From the NCBI GenBank assembly GCA_010909165.1, contig MU008155.1, positions 1,240,001 to 1,304,000 on the forward strand: a stretch of DNA of 64,000 nt, given 5' to 3'. Below are positions 57,801 through 64,000 of the stretch, piece after piece. Origin of the DNA: Anthoceros angustus. Its lineage: Eukaryota; Plantae; Anthocerotophyta. The position numbers were made by a program, and so were the translations under genes. Within the stretch, counting starts at the first letter, position 1. Every line of letters begins with the position of its first letter. The notes beneath the pieces are model-generated. The model saw only the letters and a program-made list of their open reading frames with translations. It was not told where the DNA came from and ran no database searches.

Positions 57801-60565
57801 AAGGAAGCATCATTCGGCTAAGGAAGCAACAAATGATTCTCGAGGTTGCTAAGGAAGGGCCGACAACGCAGAGAGGGTGAGCCAGGATCATTCGATTCAC
57901 CTCGAGGACCTATTTAGGGAGTGAAGAGGACCTCGTGAACCGGAGGAAGGGTTTGGTGAGAGTTCAGACTGGAGCGAGATGGGGCGACAGAGGGATGGAG
58001 GTATTGTTCGAAGGAAGTCAAAGTTTGCAAATGGAACCAGTTGGAAGAAGGAATGAAACAGCCCTCCGAGTTCATCGACGTGTTTGCCTTCGAGGTGATG
58101 ATGATATGAAGGATTCCCAAGAAGTGGGGAGCATAGGATCGATTTGGAGCCGTGAGCGACTCGGCGAATTCCCCAATACAAGCTGAACCCAAAGTACTCA
58201 GGTGAAGGAGCTTGAATTGTACCGTCATCTATCCAATCGTCAACACGGAGTGGGTGGCTCCGATGGTTCAAGAAGCACTGGAAAGATTCGAGTATGCCAA
58301 GACCGGAGGAAGCTCAACAAAGCAACCAAAAGGACCATTTCCTCCGCCATTCATCGACAACATCCGGATTTGGTGGTCGGAAGATGTGTACTCGTTCTTG
58401 ACGGTACTGGGTACAATCACCGCACTTGAGGGAGAGTGACGGCCTCTAACAGCCTTCACGACGGATTGGGGACCTTCGACAAGAGGAGTGCTCGGATTGA
58501 CGGAGCGCCTGTTCCTTCATGCGAGCATGGTTGAGATCTTCAAGGAGTATCTCCACAAGTTCATGGAGGTATTCCTAGATGATTTTTGTGTGTTTGGGAG
58601 TGTGGAGGAGCACCGGATCACTTGCGGCTTGAGGTGTCGTGAAACTCAACTTTGCCTACATCCCGAGAAATGCATGCGGGAGGGATTTTGCATGTAATTT
58701 CAAAGACGGGCATCAAGTTGATCCGCATAAGGTGAAGATGATTGTTGCCCGAAGCCTAACAACTCTCAAGGAACTCGGGGTTCCTTGGCATGGGCTACTA
58801 CGCTTTGTGCCTAACTTTGCTAGGAGGGCTGCTTTGACCATTGTTGAGGAAGGACCAAGAGTGGACCGACAACGAGAGGAGGCAAGATTTCAAGATTTGA
58901 GGACCACGTTGGTACAACCCTCAAGGGACCGGATTGGAGCAAGAAGTTCATGTGGGATGTTTCCGCCGCCATTGGTGCCTTGAGCCGGATGACAAGAAGA
59001 GGGACTACCCAATCTACTACGCGGAGAACTCACCGATGCGGAGCGCAAGTACACAACAATCGAAAGGGAAGCCCTTGGGATGGTGTATTCAAGGAAAGTT
59101 TCCATTATCTCCTCTCCTATGAGTTTGTGTTCCATGTTGACCATTTTGCTCTCAAGCATCTTGTCAACAAGGCGGATCTCGTCGCATAGCTCGTTGGATC
59201 TCTGTTGTAAGAGTTCACATTCACGGTGGAGACACGTGAGGGAAGAAGCATGTGAATGCCGACTACTTGTCTCGCTTGAAGACGGAGAAGGTGGAGCATG
59301 ATCAAGAAGATCATTTTCGGATGAAGCTTTCTGGAGGAGGATGAGGAGAGTGCTAGGCCCAATGCCAAGTTGATCGGAAACGGAGGTGACCAAATGAGAA
59401 GGGAGGGAGAAGTTTTGCAGCCATGAGGAGGTCTTTCGCTTTTAGCAACAGTCGATACAACAGACTCACAACAGCAGAGGTTGTTCTATACTTCCGCACT
59501 GTTAAGCGCGAGACAAGCCGCATGGTGGGGGATGGAGTTGAGAGGTTGTGGGTCAAGGATGGTCAAAAGGACCGCCCGCCCTTGCATGAGGAGGAGGCCG
59601 GAGGTCACCACGCTACCAACGTGACTGTAAGAAGATCTTGGAGGGTATTGGTGGCCAACCTTGCATAGATGCTAGGGAGTTCATCAAGCTGCCAGGATGC
59701 ATGTCAAAGGGGAAGCCAACCAGACCACACAAAGGGCCATTGGTCCCTATCCTAGCCTTGGCGCCTTTGAGAAGTGGGGATTGATCAACCGATTCAACCC
59801 AAGACCAAGGGAGCCAACCAATATATTCTCGTAGCAACGGACTCACCGCATGGTGGAAGCTCAAGCCTTGCCCGTGGACACGAAATGTGGTGGCTGTTCT
59901 TGTTTGAGCATATCATCACAAGGTACGGTGCGTTGGAGTTGGTTAGCGTGGGGGTACCCATTTCATCAACGAGGTGATCTCACACATGGTGAAGTACTTC
60001 AACATCAGCCCACAGGAAGACCACCCCTACAACCCCAAGGCGAATGGACTCACGGAGAAAGCTAATGGAGCTTTGCAGATCCTCAACAAGTTAACCATCA
60101 CCTACACCTACGATTGGGACCGAAGCTTCACTCGGCAGGGCGATGACAGGAGAAGGTGACACAATGACTCCCTACTACCTCACCTATGGGCACTCACCAC
60201 CATGCCCATTGAGTTGAAGTGCCAACGTTGAGAGTCCAAGAGCATAAGAGGATGACGGTGGAGGAGAGCCGGTTGAGAGGCTCATAGGCTTTGTTCACAC
60301 ATGGAGAGTAGGAACAAGCCTTGGCGCCGTAACGCCCAAGAGAAGAGGAAGGAATGGCATGACCTAAGTCGCAAAAACAAGAGTACGTTGTTCCGGGACT
60401 TGCGCATGATAACATGCACTTCCCCGAAGTCTGCATCTTAGATGGATGGGTCCCTGCTGTGGTGCCGCAAGTGTTCGACAATGGATCCATCACAGAACTT
60501 GATGGACTGCCAACCAGGGTCAATGGTTGGCGTGAAGAAGTACCAATAAGTTGGCGGGACGCCAA

Positions 60566-60581
60566 CAAATGAGAAGGGGAG
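60566..60581 (+). other. Polypurine tract
   Basis: AAATGAGAAGGGGAG immediately before the 3' LTR. Confidence 0.75.
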
Positions 60582-60583
60582 TA

Positions 60584-63500
60584 TGTGGTGACCACATGGG
60601 TACCACCCCTGAAAGGAGTGTTTTTTGTTTTGTGTTTAAGTTGTGAGAATCGTGTGGAGTTGGAATGTGAAGTAGGTTAGGAAATAAGAAAAGTCTACTA
60701 GAGCCTAGTAGGAGGAAGAGAGTCTAGTCCCGATCCCGGATGTAACCTGGAGGGTTGGTCACCGCGTTGCTAACGCGTTAGGCTTGTGACTGCTATGACA
60801 CAACCGACTGGAGCCTGCTATGGTAGCAACCAAGTTGGAGTTATTTTCCGATAAATTTGGAAATCCAATTGATGAAATCATTGGAAATACCCAAACGGGA
60901 AGTAACGGGGTCCTATTCAATTAAGTCCATGGAAGAGTATTTGCATAATAGCGGATGAGACGGCGCCGCCTCAAGCGGACTGCGGGTGGAGGCCGGAGCG
61001 AACGGACGGATGCAGGTGTCGCATGGTCGAAGCGCCGACGAGCGCGCCGAAGAAGACCGAGGTGGCAGTTGAGATGCGGCGGATCGAGGCGGGCAGAAGC
61101 TGCGGAGTGGGACCTGTGGCGAGGCGGCGGAACGGGTTGGTGGAGAGCCCAAGTGCGGCGTGGCGGCAATGGAGAGCGGGCGCGAGAATGGCGGGGAATC
61201 GGGCCGAGCTCGGAGAAGGTGGGCGGGCGGCTCGGGCTGCCGTAAGAAGCTAAGAAGAGCAGGGCAAGTGGCGGGCGTGAAGGGGCCGAGGAATTGCAGA
61301 AAAGGGAAGTGTGCACGGGCGCGTGCGGCACGACCTGGGAGGCGGACAAGGCGACGCGCACTGTGGGTCACCGCAACCGGTTGCAGATACACCCGCACTA
61401 CATATTTGAGGCAAGGCGATCTTGAGCGGGAGCGCGGTTGTTGAGCAGAGGAGTAGGGTTCCAATTCCGTGGTGGTGTGACGCGCCGTGTCGTGGTGGTC
61501 GAGGTGTCGGGAGACACGGAGATAGGCCGAGGGCAAGGCCAGACAAAGTGATGTAGGAGGAGGTTGGTGATTCGGAGAAAAGTGGCAGCAAGTGGAGAGT
61601 GGGCCGAGGCCGAGTGCATAGGGGATCCTTCAACAAGGTGAAGAAGAAATTTCGAGTGAGGAGTCGACCAAAGGCGACAATGTAAGGCTTGTGGAAGCGG
61701 GTGTAGCGGACACTTACTCAGAACTCTGGCTGTCACAGGAGCATGGCCTAAGAAGAACACTCCGTGGCCATTGAGGCCATTACCACTGCCCAATGGCCCA
61801 ACATGGGGCAATCGGAGAGTGAAGGGTCTTGGTGGCTAAGCATCACTTGTCCTTCATGGACAAAAAGTGGTGCTACAAGAGCCTGTTTGGTTGGAATGCG
61901 GCACATGAGGGAGAAGGCTGGGGAAGGCAACACGAGAACCAACCCCGCACTGGAATATTCAGTTCCAGTCGTATGAGAGGCTCAAGAGGAAAGTGGTGGA
62001 ATAATCATTGATCCTTTCGTAGCCATCTCCCCAAAAGCCGCAGGAGGCACAAGCCGCCATTGCTCCCACATTGTCTAGGGTGGAGAATGGCTGGGTCACC
62101 AACAAGTTAGACCTCGAGTGGCCGGATTAGCCAGTGATCCCGTGCTCTCAGCTCACTAAGAAGCTAGAGCACATTCGACCATTTCTTGTCTTTCTATGAG
62201 GTGGTGAGAGGGTCCAAGATAGATTGGGCTAGGATGTTCTATGACACAAGATGTGAGAGGGACCACTTGACCACCTCACCCCCCTCAGCCTCTATCTCCC
62301 TTCTTAATCCACATTTTTGACCATGCCAAGTTGCCGGAGGGATAGAGATGGTCTCACCTTTCCATGCCCGGAGGCCGTGTTTGAAGAAGGAAGCCCAAAG
62401 AGGAGTCGAGGAAGAGGCCATCTCCAGTGGCACGGGAGTGAAGATGAGAAGTCCAAGTGTCCATGAAGAGGAATGTGGCGGTTAAGGCATCACCGGCAAC
62501 AAAGCAACTGGAGTTGCTAAGACCCCAACAGCACCAAGAGAGGTCGGCCGAGCAACAGGGGACTCCAACCACTCCTAGAGCCACAAGAGCACGACCGGGA
62601 ACTCACCCGATGTAAGGATAAAGGAAAGGCCAGCAGCACTATCCAGGAGCCCGTGCGGGAAGCCACAGTCATCAGAGGAATCACCAACCTTGGGCACGCC
62701 GAGCCGACCGAGAAAGTCACACTGCTCAAGGGTGACCTCAAGTATACCCCAAGTGGTCGCAGGGAGAGCCGGGCCAGCCAGATAGGAAGGAGGGAACCCA
62801 TCCCTGAAGGTTTGGGGCCTAACATCACCCTGCAAGAGCCGGTCTCAATGGCACGCACTAGGTGAGATGGAGGACCGATAGCTCGTCCTCTTTGTTAGGT
62901 TTACAGCAGTAGGGGAACAACAGGAGAGCAAGGAGCTGGAATGAAGGAGAAGGAGGTCTTGAGGGACGCCTAGGTAGCATGGGGGAATTAAGGAAGGTCC
63001 GGAAGAGTTGCAGCAAGACCAAGGATCGAAACCCTCATGGTTCACCTGACGACAAAGCACCATAGGGGAGCTGAATGTCATCTCGGATGCGCAAGTTCAG
63101 CCGAAACTGGGATGCCTCGCCGGGCGCCACAAGAAGGAGAGGGACGAGGCAAGGAAAGGTTGGAAAGAGGCCAAGAGGGCTGTGGATTGCAAGGAGAGCC
63201 ACCGTGGAAGATGCGGAGCCTCCCATGGAAGAATCATCGAGTTAGCACCGAGGAGGTTGCTAAGCAAGCAACCGCCGGGCCGCTAAGGAAACACCTGCAC
63301 TGCTGTTAAGGGAGCAACAGCTCCAAGACCAAGAGCTACAACAAGGAAGAAGGGGGGAGCTGTACACCGTGGAGGAGGATAAATGTTGTGGGGAGGGGGA
63401 CATGGAGGTACTTGATCCATGCCTTGACGGCACGGATCCTACCTATGGGTTGGATTCTAAGGAGGAAACTCTCACCGACTCCAGGATTCAAGAGCTCACC

Positions 63501-64000
63501 GAGGAGGAGTACTGCATCATGCGGCGAGCACAAGAGAGAGAGGAGTCCAGCCGAGGAGGTAGAGATTTTATGGGAGAGATTGCCCAACCAGCCAAGAGGG
63601 AGGAGAGCAAGAGGAGAACATGGGCCTAGGAGGCCTGTGGAGAGGTAATAGGGGTAAGTGGCCTAAATAGCTAAAGGCCCATGTGTTATAGATAAATCTT
63701 ATCCTCTCATAGTGGATGAATTGATAGATAGGCCTCTAGGATTGGTAGGCTAAGACCGATTGGTATTTTTGGCAAGCGCCCAAGCCGCTTTGTAATGATC
63801 TTGGGTATAAGAGGCGCCCTCTTGATGAAATGTAAGCAATGTTGGCCTAAGTCTTGGTGTTTCGAGCACGGGGGTTTGGGAGGGTGATCCAGGTCGTAAG
63901 TCTAGACTGCCTCTCGCTGTGGGAGCAAGAAGACTACTGTTGCCCAGATCCGTGGCCGATCCGCAAGAGTGGTGGAAAGCAAGGGAGGGAGCCTTGAGGT
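60584..64000 (+). repeat. 3' LTR (partial) of the Athila/Tat-like element
   Basis: Starts TGTGGTGACCACATGGG and matches about 50459-53930. Confidence 0.9.

Larger units (their letters stand above)
50459..64000 (+). mobile_element. Athila/Tat-like Ty3/Gypsy retrotransposon; 3' LTR runs off the window
   Basis: 5' LTR ~50459-54825, PBS, gag ~55150-56450, protease DTGS ~57260, RT MEVFLDDF (FLDD 58572-83), RNase H, integrase (GHH, PFEKWGID, NPKANGLTE), PPT, 3' LTR from 60584. Confidence 0.92.

Noticed and set aside
1-64000. rRNA or tRNA genes; bacterial or organellar origin
   Set aside because: None recognisable; spliceosomal introns and plant TE families indicate nuclear DNA.

Overview
Eukaryotic, plant-lineage genomic DNA. 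A plastid-targeted PPO, GT-AG introns and CACTA/Copia/Gypsy elements point to a streptophyte; a DNMT-bearing Gypsy suggests a streptophyte alga or early-diverging plant (inference). Host genes: the 3' end of a polyphenol oxidase (1-204), a full tandem PPO paralog (4867-7001, one intron), a truncated catechol O-methyltransferase copy (8379-8806), an intact two-exon catechol O-methyltransferase of the animal/actinobacterial type (23837-24644, minus), an intronless full-size ABCB transporter (36789-40632) and an AT-rich degenerate CDPK-like kinase ORF (42150-42953). The rest is transposons and repeats: Copia remnants, a CACTA element with an unknown divergent cargo ORF, a 2-kb TIR element upstream of COMT, satellites and LINE/SINE-like 3' tails. 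From 42949 to the end is a nested stack: Copia, interrupted by a Ty3/Gypsy that carries a C5 DNA methyltransferase between protease and RT, interrupted in turn by an Athila/Tat-like Gypsy with about 4.4-kb LTRs. Most long coding regions (PPO, ABCB, CACTA, both Gypsy elements; not COMT or the kinase ORF) carry single-base losses, often in short homopolymers, so many frameshifts are probably long-read consensus errors. Top leads: the retrotransposon-borne DNA methyltransferase and a possible PPO + COMT + ABCB catechol-metabolism cluster.
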